Positions 1 to 13,800 of a stretch of 64,000 bases of DNA are shown in pieces. Source of the DNA: Eledone cirrhosa (Eukaryota); contig OZ024743.1 in assembly GCA_964016885.1 (NCBI GenBank), positions 930,001 to 994,000 of the forward strand, in the 5' to 3' direction. The notes beneath the pieces were generated by a model that saw nothing but the letters and a program-made list of their open reading frames with translations, did no database searches and was not told where the DNA came from. The number at the start of each line of letters is the position of its first letter. The first letter of the stretch is position 1. A program made the translations under genes and the position numbers.

Positions 1-2930
1 ATACTCCTTACATGCAAACAAACACAAAAAAACCTCACTCCTCACCAATAAAGAGTGAAAAATAAAATAGAGACGATGTTTGGTAACAGTAGAACCAGAA
101 CTCTCCAATATAAGCTGATCACCCTCAAACAAGAATTGAGAGCTGTTAGCGAAAAACGCCGATACCTGAAGAAGGTAGATGAGAGAAAAATGCTTAATAA
201 AAGATTCAGACGAAACCAAAGATCAGTCTATAGAGATATGAAGGGCAAAACAATAAAGTGTCACTGATGCCCCATCCCAGAAAGACATAGATTCCTTTTG
301 GAGAAAAATATGGTGAAAAGAAGAATTTCAACCAAGATGCAGTGTGGCTAAGAGAAATCCGAAAGAACTATTGCTCCTACACTACAACAAAAACATACGA
401 AATAAGTGAGGGTACCCTTGAGACTGTGATAGGAAAACTCCAAGATAAGAAAACACCAGGAAGAGACATGATTGTCGGCTACTGGTACAAAAAACTAATA
501 TTCTATCGGAAGTATCTTACTGACCTCTACCAACAAGTTCTTAAGGGAGATACACTTATATCAGAATGGTTGACATTAGCACAAACGTTACTGGTCCCCA
601 AGAACAAAGACACCCACTTGGCAAAAAACTACCGACCCATTGCATGCCAGAACCTGATGTATAAGATGTATACAGCCTGCCTGAACCTATTCCTCCAAGA
701 TCACTGTGAAAATAATAACATCATCACAGATGAACAAGCAGCTGGAAAGAAAGGGTTTGGGGATGTGCTGAACAACTCCTAATCAACAAAACTGCGATGT
801 CGGAGGTGCGACAACTTAGGAGGAATATGACTACAGTCTGGCTGGACTACAGGAAAGCTTTCGATTCTGTTCCCCACTCTTGGATGATAGAGGCCCTCCA
901 ACTTGCTAAAGTCCCAGACATTATTGTCAGAGCCATAGAGAGGCTGTCTTCTTCTTGGGCTACTATCCTAAGGTTAAAGACAGAGAGGGAGGACTCTATT
1001 TTCACTGATAAAATAAAATATTGCAGGGGTATATTTCAGATGTACAGTCTCTCTGTGATATTGTTCATCTTGTTATTAAACCCCTTGTCTTTTCTGCTCA
1101 AGAAATGTGAGGGATACATCATTGGCTCACAGGAGGACAGAAATACGAACCTAACACATAACTTCTTTGTGGACGATCTGAAACTCTATGCCAAGAACAT
1201 GGATGGGATGAAGAAAAATCTTGACCTGGTTACAATGTTCTCAAAGGATATAGGAATGGAGTTTGGCGAAGATAAATGCTCATACATGACTGTAAAGCGG
1301 GGAAAAACAACAACCCAATCTACTCAACATTGTCATCAATGGTCTAACTGTTTCACCGATATCTGATGAGGATTGCTACAGATACCTGGGGATGGATGAG
1401 AACGTATCCTATAATGGTATAAAGAACGCGTAACCAAGGAATACTACATCTGATTAAGAAAGATCTTGTCATCGGAACTCTCTGCGCAAAACAAAACAGT
1501 GGCTCACAATGTGTTTGCTGTGCCTGTCCTAACACCAACGTTTGGAATACTCAATTGGACGATAGACGAAATCCGAGCAGTTGATTTTGGAACTCGAAAA
1601 ATACTAAACAACACCGGAAACTACCACATCAACAGTGACATAGACCGCCTTTACTTGAAACGTAAGCAGGGAGGCGGCGGCCTAACATCAGTCAAGACAA
1701 CATTTGAATGTCGCATCATATCTCTCCGACAACATCTACGAACCTCGAAGCGTAGGAGCCCGCTTCTCGAGCAAGTCTATCTGCATGAAACAGATAAGAT
1801 CATGAGAGTTGGGAAGGAACTCCTTGAGAGATATTCCCTGTGTGATAATCAAATACTCACACCCAGGGATGTCGCTCAGCAGTATCGCAGTGAATCCATG
1901 GATGAAAAACTGCATGCCTATCAGCAAAAAATCATGCTTGGATATGTTGCCAGGAAGCTCCAGAGTGACAGTAATATAGATAAGGAAAGTAGTCTATCTT
2001 GGACCAACAACCGCTATATTGTCTCCCACTTTGAAGCATACGCTTTTGCAATCCAAGAACAGGAGATTAGCGCGAATTACCTGATTCACAAAAGAGATAG
2101 GGATGCAGGCAAAACACCTAGATGTGATAACAAGTGCAGACTCTGCAGAAATAACATCGAGGATATCACCCATGTCATCAGCAGCTGTCCAAAGATGTCA
2201 TCGCCAAAGATGTAGTGGCCAAAACACTGTACAATGCAGTTCGTTAAAAAGATAGCCCCGATAATAAACACATTAAAAGCTACAACAATGTGGAAAATAT
2301 CCATGTACATAATATGTACTGGTGGAATGTTTCAGTAAAAAAACCAATAAAATGCAGGCATAACAGACCAGATATTATGATATGGGACAGGGAGAAGAAA
2401 ACATGCAGTGTAGTGGAAATTAGCTGCCCAGCAGATGCCAATATAATATCAAAGATTAGTGAAAAGGAGAATATTTATGCAGAACTGATGAGAAATCTGT
2501 AGATACTCCACCATGATTACACCTTCAGATTTATGCCTATGATTATTGGGGCACTGGGATATGTTAGTAACTGCCTCAATACAAATCTTGAGAAGCTAGG
2601 CTTCACAGGAACAGAAAGAACACAACTAGTTAGGAAACTACAAGTACAATCCATTAATGGAACAGTAAAAATATGTAAAACATTACAAAAAGTTTGCATC
2701 TAATAACTGCATATACACATGTACAGATACAAAGCATATACACATGCACACAGACAACTCAAAACATCCACATCCACACATACAATAACATTCATATCTA
2801 CACATGCAGACATACATACATATCTACCTAGCTAATGTTGTGTAAATTCCAATGAGAGAGTCTTGTGTCTATGTTAGAAACCGACTCTCTCTCTATTGGT
2901 AAAACTTTGTGAAATTATAAAACCAGAAGA
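1..2930 (+). mobile_element. Decayed R4/Dong-like (RLE-type) non-LTR retrotransposon; its 5' part lies outside the window
   Basis: Frameshifted ORF pieces 342-782, 797-1366, 1466-2215 and 2290-2502 carry RT motifs (NYRPIAC, WLDYRKAFDSVPH, RGIFQ, FFVDDLKLY), a CCHC knuckle (CRLC...HVISSC) and a restriction-like endonuclease (HNRPD...VVEISCP). The 3' UTR ends at a (TACA)n tract. Confidence 0.88.
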
Positions 2931-3001
2931 ACATACATACATACATACATACATACATACATACATACATACATACATACATACATACATACATACATAC
3001 A
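2931..3001 (+). repeat. (TACA)n microsatellite, tail or target of the R4/Dong-like element
   Basis: Pure tetranucleotide run directly after ...ATAAAACCAGAAGA. Confidence 0.9.
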
Positions 3002-4029
3002 CATATACGTATGTACATACTTACATGCATGCACATTTGATGATTGCAGCGTCTTCACATATAATTGCCGCCACTTCTTGTTTTTACACTGTCATCCCTT
3101 CTTTGTCCATGACTTCATAAATGACTCTTTAGAACAGTTGCAGATCTGCTAGGTTTATGGTACAAATGATAGATGAAAGTAGTCCTTTCCACAGGATTGA
3201 TGGGATCGCTTTGTAGGATACAATCTTTATGCACCACCATGTGTCTTTTGACAGACTTTATTGCTTATGACGCAGGTGGTCTCACTAGGCTTTCGGGGAA
3301 TGATGTTATGGGTGATTTTTCTTTCGAACGACCGCATATGATTTAACGCAACCAGAGTTCACGTTGACAGAATCCACAAGTCCAACTATTGATGTATTCG
3401 TCAAGATTGTGAACATCTCCTTTCCGGAGATGACAATTGAATCGTTTTATATTCTTGATGATATTCTTTTAATGTTTTACAACTGTCCTTTATATGCTTT
3501 CTCCACTCTGTCCTATTCAGAGTAAATTCTTCCCTATCACACGTCAGTACTTTGAGATTATTTTCGGTTTGTGTTGAGGACGTTTTTCGAGTTGTTGCTC
3601 AAAGTAAAACAGATGATTTAGACTTCTACTTTCTTCCACGTGGACGATGTGTCCTGCCGAGCGCATTGGAGAAGAGATTACTAGAGACCTAATGCGTGGG
3701 TATTCTGCTCAGATGAGGACATCAGTATCAAGAGCTCTGTTTTAGCACTTGATTTTGACTATGATTTTGACGCTCAAGCAATTTGATATGTTTACGGTAT
3801 AATGTTCACGATGATTATAGAAGAGCAGTCAAAACACGCGTTATATACATACACCAAAAGCAACAGAGGCTTACTGTATGTGCAAATGTATTTCAGCATC
3901 TGAGGAGCCATCTTTTGACAGGATGCTGACCACGTAGACAAATCCATCAACAACCCTCAACCTGGTTCCATTAACCGTAATGTATCTTTCTACAGGTGAA
4001 GGGGTAAATATTGCTATGGTTTTTGTAAG

Positions 4030-4281
4030 GCTTATTGTACGACCAAACGCAGTTCACGAAACAGTCCATAAGGTGCAGTATCGCAGCTACTCTGCGTGCT
4101 ACGAAGTCTGCGTCATCTGCGTACATCAACTTTAAAAATCTGTGAAAAAAATGAAAAAGTGTTTAGACCATGAAACCTGGTTAGCTCTGTAAGAACGACC
4201 GGCAAATTTCACAGACAAAATTTAATTTTGCCTATCTATTTGTTTTCTCTGTGAGGATCAAAGCTTCTCGGTCGCCCCTCG
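4030..4281 (-). mobile_element. Possible mariner-like DNA transposon end (remnant)
   Basis: The minus strand begins TA|CGAGGGGCGACCGAGAAGCTTTG, resembling mariner TIR starts (TA-CGAGGG). No partner TIR or transposase ORF was found, and the left boundary is approximate. Confidence 0.3.
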
Positions 4282-5004
4282 TACATACATACATACATAC
4301 ATACATACATGCATAGATACATACGTACATACATATATACATGCACACACACACGCACACATATATATATATATGCATATATATACATATATATATATAT
4401 AGAGAGAGAGAGAGATAGATAGATATACGTCATATATACTTAGACACACACGGCTGATTTTTTATTCACTCTTTAACTGCCAAATATGCCACAAATTCTC
4501 AGACAGTCGTACTGATTTTTGAAACCCATGGTTGTGTTGTAAACTCTACCATATTTGTTAGACATAAGTGATATCAAGTTATATCTGCTATATATTGACC
4601 ACATATCAGATATAAATATTACAATAAGTTACATCAAGAAATTCTCCAACATGAAAAAATATACTAAAAAATGTTCTTGGAACCACATTTATGTTTTAGT
4701 CTCAAAATAAGTATAAATTTAGTTGTTACGATTTTACCTTCACACGCCCATCCTGTTCCCACAGAGACGTCATGGTCGTGATATTAATTAGACATACTAC
4801 ATTCCTCTGAAATCATTATTTTAATAGCTCATCCCATTTTAAACATTGCATATCACAGTGAGATTAATTGCAATTAACCTGTATTTACACTTGACCTAAC
4901 TTTTAAACTCTAGGCAGTCGCCTTTTTATACTCATTTTCCCGTAATATTTGATTTACTCTCATTTAACTCCCTTGCTTTATTTCTTCATTTATGTCAAAC
5001 AGTT

Positions 5005-5794
5005 CATGAGCTCACTAGTCTGTTCGGTAGGGCTTTCCGCCCGGGACCCATGGACAACTTCCAGAGGTCCATGGCGTAGCAGTGCTACCGAGGAGCTCTA
5101 CCAGTTCGAGACAAGATCTACAGACACGGACGCCCCGGCAGGGATCCTTCCAAGAGGACGTGTCCAAGATGCGAGCAGGACATTGAACCGTCTTGCACGC
5201 AATTGTACACTGCCCGGGCGTAACCGACCTGTGGAACTACGCAGAACAACTGCTTTGTCACGTATGGGACAAATCCAGTTGACTGCCGAGTCCATAGTAA
5301 GGATCAAACCGCCAACCTCTTTCAAAAACGAAAGAGAGGCGGTTTTCCTCTGTATAGGGGCTATGGTAAAAGAGATTATATGGTGGACGAGATTTAGAGG
5401 ACTGAGGACAGATGCCTTTCTTTCCGGACAACAACTCATTCCATTCTTTAGGTACCACTTTAGAAGGAGAATCAGAGTGAGGAGAGAGGCACTGCACCCC
5501 AGTAAATTTACTGAATGTGGTTGAATGTAGCAGAAATGGCCCAAGTGTTTGGGCTTTCGTTGTATATAAACCTTTAGGTTGAAGAGGAAGGGAGCACTTG
5601 CAGACACGCTCCTGAAGTTGAGGGTTGTTCTATCTACGCGATATTAAACAACCCATTTGTAACGCCTCCCCATATTGGGGATTTCAATTGTTTAATTTGT
5701 TTCTTTAAACATTTTTTTAAACGATATGTAAAATCTCCGGCATATGTCCTTGTATTGTCCCCTTTTCTTGTGCGCTCTTGTGGCAAATAAATAA
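5005..5794 (+). mobile_element. 5'-truncated, decayed L1/Tx1-like LINE (copy 1: ORF2 C-terminus and 3' UTR)
   Basis: Nucleotide and peptide similarity (IQLTAESIVRIKPPTSFKNEREAVFLC...WWTR) to the ORF2 3' ends at 10.9-11.46 kb and 16.7-17.24 kb. It has the same 3' UTR terminal motif and AATAAA. Confidence 0.93.

Positions 5795-5881
<87 letters not shown>
5795..5881 (+). repeat. (TATC)n microsatellite between Tx1 copy 1 and element A
   Basis: Direct sequence. Confidence 0.97.
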
Positions 5882-6099
5882 AGACGTGTGTAACTTCGCG
5901 GAGAAGTTTCCGTTAATTTATGTAAGAAAAAAACGTGAGTTTTTAGTTAAATTTTATATTATTGTGTGACTTGACCCCCCGTCTGGGCCTTCAGGTGGTA
6001 GGTCAACTCATTTTCGCCCCTACAGGGGCGAAATATCCGTTTGAAAAAATTTTTCTCTATCGAATCTTGGAAAAAATATTGTAAAAGTTTGATTACGTT

Positions 6100-7992
6100 A
6101 TGAACGCTGCGTCCAGTGATAATGGTGGTGGAGAGGCGGTAAGACTACAAAGCTCACAGTCAACATTGTCTTCTTCACTAGATACTATAGAGATGGAAAG
6201 ACGAAATGAAAATGCAAAAACAAATTCATATCCAAATAACACAAATGACACCAAACAGTTCAATGACAATAAAAATAACAGCAACACCAATAATGATGAT
6301 AAAAACAACAATGATAACAACAACAAAGAAAAAATAAAGACAACGCCAATAACACCAGCATCAAAGACAACAACAACACCAAGGAAAATACGAATAATAT
6401 CAACATCGGTGACAACAAGAATAGCAACAGCAATAACAACAATAATGACAACACCACCAACACGGATAATTCCACAAAGGAACCAAAATCTCCTTTGCAG
6501 AGACAGTTCAAAAAAAGGAAGGACTGATATATCTCGACATAACAAATGCTGAACAACTTTTAAAGGACGCTAGGAGATATGTCACTTTCGAAAAAAATGG
6601 TGCTTTCAGCATCAATTCTCCGGTAGAAATTCGCAAGGAAACTGCTCTCAAAACGATAGTTTTTAGGACAGTTTCCAATTCTACCCGAAAACCAGTCTAA
6701 TTGTCACAGAAAGAAATTGACTGGTTTTCAAAAATTCAATGAATGATATTGCATTCATTCAAAGAAGCAAACTTTTTGGGAGTATTTCGGTACTCATGAA
6801 GGATCAATTGACGGCCCAAAATTACTCTGTGTCGCCAATTGTATCCAACCTGTACACCTTTTTCCCTACATACATGGGAAAAGGGACACAAAAGATCAAA
6901 ATCACGAGTGTCACACCAGAGGTGAACATATGGTGGATACTGTGCGGCTTCATCAATTTTGATGAAGACAGAATACTGTCAGTAGGAAAGTCCCCCAGAG
7001 ATGTATTCAATGGGACTAGCATTGAAGTTCTGGTACAAATGAGCCCAGAGCGAATAGCTATGATCCCACAACGTGTACTCCTGGACGGACTCACCTACAT
7101 AAACTTTTCGGTTGAGGATAGGCGGCCTTCATGTTACCATTGCTTTAGCAGGGGTCACCTGAGGGCTTCCTGTCCTAAATTAATGAATCAAAAAAAGGCT
7201 CTTCTGCCGACACCCATCAAAACAACACAACCACCAACACCACCACAACAACAACAACACCAACACACAAAAATAACCACAACAAACACAGTCCCACCCA
7301 ACCCCACTCCACCTAAAACCACTGCAAAATCACATACAGACACAACAGCTCCCAAAGACATACCCCTCCCCAATCACACAGACAATACAACAGATGAGGC
7401 TATCTCGCCATCACCCAGTGAAGACGAGGGAGAACCCCATCGCTCGAAAAGAAAGAAAAGACATCACAAAAGCAAAAAACCAGCAAACACTACCACAAAC
7501 ATACAACCACCAACACAAACAACAAAAACATCACAAACAAAACCCCCACCTCCTGAAAACAAAATACCTACAACAAAACGAAAGCACACACAAGAACTAC
7601 AGACAAAAACAAACACAACACAAGAAAAGTACACTTACACTTACATAAACACTGAAAACAAAACACTAATGGAGACCATCACGAACGAAAGTTTTCCCCA
7701 CTCTATTAAAAATAGCAAAAAACTGAACCTAAAACTGATTAGGGTCCCTATACAAACTTATAGGTCCCTAAAAGAAACATTTGAGAAGGATGTGGGGAAT
7801 TCCTGCGTGAAACCACTCAACCGCGTCCTTCTCAAATGTCTCCCCACCCCAGACACCCCCATCCCACCAGACCCCACCCCACCAAACATCACCGTTCCCA
7901 CCCCGCCGGAAACCACCACCCATCCAGACAACCCTTCCAACACCCCCATGGAAATCGTGCGGCCTGGTCCCCAGGAGACGAATGGTGAGTGA
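6100..7992 (+). pseudogene. Element A ORF1 (gag-like nucleic-acid-binding protein), disrupted in its 5' third; 6739-7992 is open
   Basis: CYHCFSRGHLRASC zinc knuckle and a Pro/Thr-rich linker. The segment at about 6560-6740 is homologous to element B ORF1 but has a stop (TAA ~6698) and frameshifts. Confidence 0.85.
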
Positions 7993-8025
7993 TCTCCTTT
8001 CCTTTTTTAACATTTCAGCACCAAC

Positions 8026-11000
8026 ATGGCCAATATAAGAGTTGGATGTGTGAATGTACGCGGCCTGGGAATGCCCTGGAAACAGGGTAAGCTCTTAAAC
8101 GACCTCAGGTCGCACAGTATGGATGTGGTAGCCATTTGCGAGTCCAGGATCCACAGCGAGCGACAGCTGGCTCCCATCTTCGATGACTTTGAGATCTACG
8201 CATCTCTCTGTCAACCGGGGGGTGGGGGCGGAGTTGCCGTTTTGCTGCGGAAACACCTGGGCCTCGTAACACAGACGGTACATCTGGACCCGGAGGGTCG
8301 ACTGGTGGTCCTAGACGTTGACGGTAGTGAAGGTGGAGCCTTCAGGCTGGTGGCCGCATATGCCCCATCCGGGACACCGCGGCCAGACTTCTTCAAACAT
8401 CTAGAGACTTTTCTGGGAACGTCCCGCTCCTTGCTTTTAGTGGGGGACTGGAATGGAATCCTAGATGCACGTTGGGACTATGTGGGAGCATGTCCCGATA
8501 GAGGGGGGTGTAACAGCCTCAAACAGTTAATCAACCGATTTGACCTGGCCGATAGGTATCGACTAGATTTTCCGACTGCGCCACTGTGGGCGTGGAGTAA
8601 TCGTAGCGGAACATCTAGATCGTACCTAGATAGGGTTCTAGTTAGAAATAAGGATAGGGACATGTTAAGCTGTCCACAAATGTTCATGGTTGCCTATTCA
8701 GATCACAAACTAGTGACCTGCATGGCCAACCTTGATAGAACCCATAGACAAGGACCCGGCAACTGGAAGCTGAACTTGTCGTTACCGACAAGCAAAGCCT
8801 ACAGTAGACGGATTAGCACTTTAGTTAAACAGCACTTGACAGGGGCCATTGTCAACAACAGATGGTGGTACTCTCTTAAGAGGGCAGTTAGATTAGACTC
8901 GATAGTTTTTAGTAAAAAATTAGCGTTAGATAGAAATAGAACCGAGAAGGAACTGGTAGATAAAGTAGAAGAGGCAAATAGAAGTGGCAACGTAGCCAGC
9001 GTGCTAGCAACGAGAACGGCCTTGGACCAGTTCTTCGACGCAAAGCACGAGGGCTGCGTTTTCAGAAGCAAAATACGTGCTCTGGGAAACGAGGGAGCCA
9101 AAGCTGTTAGCTGGGCCCGAGAGACGGAGGCAAAAAGCGGCAACAAGTCCACGATTCGGTCTTTGAAGGACCAAAACGGACGCTTGATACGTGACCCGAA
9201 GCAGATGTGTGCGGCTTTTCAGCGGCACTTTTCTCAACTGCTCGGGAGGGGCGGCGCGCCGAGAGAGGCTATGGATTGCGGTCCATACCTCGATGGCCTA
9301 CCGCGACTCTCGGACAGCGAGGAAAAGTTCTGCGAAAAGCCGATTTCAGCCGCTGAGATAGGGGACGCGCTGAGCCAATGCGGCAAACGCAAATCTCCAG
9401 GTCTCGACGGTCTACCCTACGAATTTTACGTAGCAATGCCGGACTTATTCTCCGGTCTCCTGGAAGCGGTCTACTGCAACTGGCAACAGAACGGGAGAAT
9501 TCCCAGTTCTGTAACCGGGGGCATGGTCACACTAGTCAGGAAGGACGAGAATAAGGGGGATGACATAGGCAACTTCCGGCCCATATCTCTGCTAAACACA
9601 GATTTACAGATTTTGGCCAAGGTGTTGGCAAAGAGGCTGGCGCTTGTCATCGAGAACCTGGTGGGAGAAGCGCAGACATGCGCAATCCCGACCAGGTCCA
9701 TACACGACAACCTCCACCTCATGCGATACATCATAGAGAGGATAGGGTGTAAACCCGGCTTCGGTGGGGCCCTGATCAACTTGGATCGGTCTAAGGCTTT
9801 CGATAGGGTTGACCATCGTTACCTGGATGCGGTGCTCGAGGCGGCAGGCTTCGGACCCGTGTTCAGGGGCTGGATTGCTGCAATGCACAACAGCAACATC
9901 TGTTCAAGGGTCAAGGTGAACGGCTTCCTCTCGGAGCCGTTCCATATTACGCGATCCATTCGACAGGGATGCCCTCTCTCCTCTCTTCTGTACGTACTGA
10001 CTCTCGAGCCACTACTGCGGAAGCTGGAGCTATTGCAGGGCATCCCTCTGGAACCGGGACTGCGGAAAGCGGCGTCGGCCTACGCCGATGACGTGACAGT
10101 AATGGTGTCGAGCGCCTCGCAAATCGATGAAGTCGGCACCTTACTGAAGGAATACGAAAGTCTCACAGGAGCAAAGCTGAACCGGGACAAGTCCATCGGT
10201 TTGCAACTCGGATCGTGGAGAGGCAAACTGATGCCTTCCGATGGCGTCGTCGGACGCTGGACGGAAGGACCGGTAAAGCTGCTCGGGGTCTGGTTTGGTC
10301 CGGACCTCCATGTGGAGAAGAACTGGAACGAAGTGACGGCCAAGGTGTTTGCACTCACCCAGAAGTGGGCCGAGTGCAAACTATCCTTGAAAGGTCGAGC
10401 GGAGTTGGCGAACACTTTTATAGCGTCCGCCATCTACTACCCCTTGACCGTCGTGCCTTGTCCAGCAAAACGCTCGCCAAAATGGAGCCCGTGCTCTTCC
10501 GATTCCTTTGGAAGAGGCGGGCTCCTTTGGTGAGAAGATCCATCTGCTGCCAACACCCTTCTAACGGAGGGCTGGGGATGCTGTGGTTGACGATGCGCAA
10601 ACACGCGCTCAGGCTGCGGCATCTCTACATATTCCTCACCGGACAACCGGTGTCGGCCCCGTTCGTGAGGCGAGCCTTCCCCCGACTCGTCTCGCTGACC
10701 GAGCTGCAGTCCTGGGTCAAGCAAAGACCGAGGAAAATGGGCGACTGGCACATCGAATGTGCTCAGGCGCTCACAGCCCCCTGGCAGGCGGACCCGGCGA
10801 TCAGTGGAGACTCCACTTCGTCATTCTATAGAGGGTTGGTCCGCAGCAAGTGCGACGACGCGCTCGGTGAAACTCTAGGCGTAGAGGAAGATGAACTGGC
10901 CAGTCTGTTCGGTAGGACCTTCCGCCCGGGACCGATGGACAACTTCCAAAAGTCCCTGGCCTGGCAGTGCTACCGAGGAGGTCTACCAGTTCGAGACAAG

Positions 11001-11462
11001 CTCTACAGACATGGGCGCCCGGGCAGGGACCGTGCAAAAAAGATCTGTCCGAGGTGCGTGCGAGACGAAGAAACCGTCGCGCACGCATTCATACAGTGTC
11101 CGGGCGTCACTGACCTGTGGGGCTATGTAGAACGACTATTGTCGCGGGTGGGACCAATCCAGTTGACCACCGAGTCCATTGTCATGATCAAACCGCCACC
11201 CTCCTTCAAAAACGAAGGAGAGGCGGTTTTCCTTTGTGTGATAGCTATGGCGAAAGAGGTTGTATGGTGGACAAGGTTGAAAGGGCTGCGGTCAGACACC
11301 TTTCTCTCCGGCCAACAACTGATTCTTTTTTTCAAATACCACTTTGGAAGAAGAATCAGGATGGAGAGAGAGGTGCTGTACCCCAGCAAGTTTTATGAAA
11401 GGTGGGTGAAAGTGGCGAGAATGGCCCGAGTGAATGGGCCTTCTCTCTATATCAGCCTGTAG
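8026..11462 (+). pseudogene. Element A ORF2 (APE endonuclease, reverse transcriptase, zf-RVT) with one frameshift near 10470
   Basis: EN motifs NVRGL, GDWN, SYLDR and SDH; RT motifs PGLDG, FRPISLLN, KAFDRV, QGCPLS and YADD; CPRC...H...C finger. ORFs 8026-10533 and 10215-11462 join by a 1-nt indel relative to element B. Confidence 0.95.
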
Positions 11463-11700
11463 GTTGAGGAAAAGGAGGAGGAGAGGAAGGGAGTACAAAC
11501 TCTTCGTACTCCTGTAGATGAGGGTTGCACATTTTTTCGGGGGTATGTGTTACCCATATAAACTGTCTCCCTCTATTGGGGAAAATGGACTAACTTTTTA
11601 AATTGCATTTGTGATAATATTTTACACGTTTTTATTGTATGTAAACTTCCCCCTTTGTATTTGTCCCCTTCTTTTGTGCCCCTGTGGCTAATAAAGAAAC

Positions 11701-11708
11701 ATATCTAA

Positions 11709-11741
<33 letters not shown>
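11701..11741 (+). repeat. (TATC)n between elements A and B
   Basis: Direct sequence. Confidence 0.95.
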
Positions 11742-11743
<2 letters not shown>

Positions 11744-11944
11744 GATAGAGTAAGACACGCTTCGCATCGGCTCCGCTATTCCATCGGGATTTACCCTTAC
11801 TATTGTAAGTACCGGATAAATTTTTTAGTGCAACACATTTGGAACACTAACCCCTGTTATTTAGGGAAACATTTTTGCATTTACCCCCTTTTTAGGGGGT
11901 AAAATAAATATCTATTTTTGCCGAAAAATTTCTTTCTTGGCAGC

Positions 11945-13800
11945 ATGGCGGAAAAGATGGCAGACATGTCTGCCATTAGCTCTGCCACGCCCCCCAAGTC
12001 TGAAGAACAAAAAATAATTACAACAAAATTAGACATTGAAACAAACAAACAAAATGAAAAAACAAATGTTAAGGAAAATGAGCAAACAGAAAACAAACAA
12101 ACAGAAAATAATACAAATAACGACAGGGCAACTTTCGCCCAGAAAACAAAACAATCCATTACATACACACCAATTGACCTAACTGCCGCCAGAGAAAAAC
12201 TGGCCGAAGCAAAGAAACACATTGTTTTGGGGGAGAACGGAATGTTTTCCATTAACTCCCCCCCCCCCCCCAGAATTCAAGAAAGCCAGAGCAGAAAACA
12301 CAGTTCTATACAGAACTATACTGAACCAGACAAGAAAGCCAGCACAGCCCAGCCAAATGGAAATAGAGTTAGTCCTAAAAGACTATATGAAGAATATTCT
12401 CTTCATACGAAAGGACCGACTCTATGGCAGCATTTCGGTCCTAACAAGAGACAAAGAAACGGCGGAGAAGCTTTCCCTAAGCCCACTCTCGTCGACAACA
12501 TATAGCTTCTATCCCTCCTACATGGGTAGAAGAACACAGAGAGTAAAAGTAAAAACAATGCTGCCCACAATGGACTTCTGGTGGGCTATTGCTGGCTTCA
12601 TTGATATGGGCGAAGACACTATGCTGTCAATGGGGAAGGCAACTGGAGATGCGTTCCTGGGAATGGGCCTCGACATACTAGTCCAAATGAGGCCCGAAAG
12701 AATAGCACAAATCCCGGATCGCATCTGGCTGGATGACCTTACCCCAATAGACATAATTGTAGAGGGGAGAAGACCAGCATGCTATTTATGCATGGAAAGG
12801 GGACACGTTAAGGCTAACTGCCCGAAACGTATCCCCCAAAAAGGACTATTGCCCACACCCACCACAAACAGTACACCAGCACCACCCACCTCCAAAAATA
12901 CACTAATACCACACACAGCAAACAAAATACAGACACCACCAACCACAAACACAACACAAACATCACCACCACCAGCACCAAACACAAGCACGACACAAAA
13001 ATCACCACCACCAACCACAACACAAACATTACCACCACCATCACCAACCACAAGCACGACACAAACATTACCACCATCACCACCACAAAACCCATTCCAA
13101 ACAAATAATAAAAAAAACAGTAACAAATCCCGCAAAAAAAAAACAAATCCCGCAAAAAAAAAACAACCACACAACACGTCCCTCCCACCTAGCGCTGAAG
13201 AGTTTCCCCCAACTTCTGAAGAAGAAGGAGGAGAAGCCTTCAGACAAGTTAAAAGAAAAAAAAGAAAACACACACCCAGCACACCACAAATAACCCACAC
13301 ACAAACACCAACTCCAATCAAAAACACCCCACCCTCAACAAACAAAAATAAATCTGCGCCTCCCCTCTCCGAAACATTGACAGCATCACAAAAAAAGACG
13401 TTGCAATACACATATATAAATAAAGAAAACAAAAAACTGGTTAAATTAATAAACAATAACCCTATGGTGCAGACCGAAGGGCCAAACTTTATCTCAACAG
13501 AGAACTTCACCCATTTAAAAATGATAAAGGTCCCTCTGGACCTTTATCGTTCCTTAAAAGAACAATTTAGACGGGACGTGAGCCCCCCCCTGTTTAAAAC
13601 CGTTGAATCGCGTCCTCTTGAAAGATTTCCCCATAACCGCCCCTCTCCCTGACACAACTCCAAATACCCCAACCCCACCACACACGTGTACCCCCACACC
13701 ACCACAAAACATCCCTCCACCCAACACACCTGATGCCATGGAAATTACGCAACCCGGAGAGGTAAGTGCTTTTCTTTCTTCACTTTCAACACCAAAATAG
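11945..13800 (+). CDS. Element B ORF1 (CCHC gag-like); apparent frameshifts only at poly-C runs ~12258-12271 and ~13583-13590
   Basis: ORFs 11918-12505, 12222-13652 and 13603-13800 join into one protein collinear with element A ORF1. Knuckle CYLCMERGHVKANC. Confidence 0.82.

Larger units (their letters stand above)
5882..11700 (+). mobile_element. Full-length L1/Tx1-like LINE, element A
   Basis: 5' UTR, ORF1 with a CCHC knuckle, ORF2 with APE endonuclease, RT and zinc finger, and a 3' UTR with AATAAA. Flanked on both sides by (TATC)n. Confidence 0.95.

Noticed and set aside
7985-8018. 34-nt (A) or 39-nt (B, 13762-13800) mini-intron that might fuse ORF1 to ORF2
   Set aside because: Using the nearby AG puts ORF2 out of frame in both elements (stops follow within a few codons), and the introns would be very short. 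The distal acceptor at the ORF2 stop fits better.
12782-13510. 242-aa antisense ORF within element B ORF1
   Set aside because: It is explained by the extreme A/C strand bias, which depletes stops on the reverse strand.
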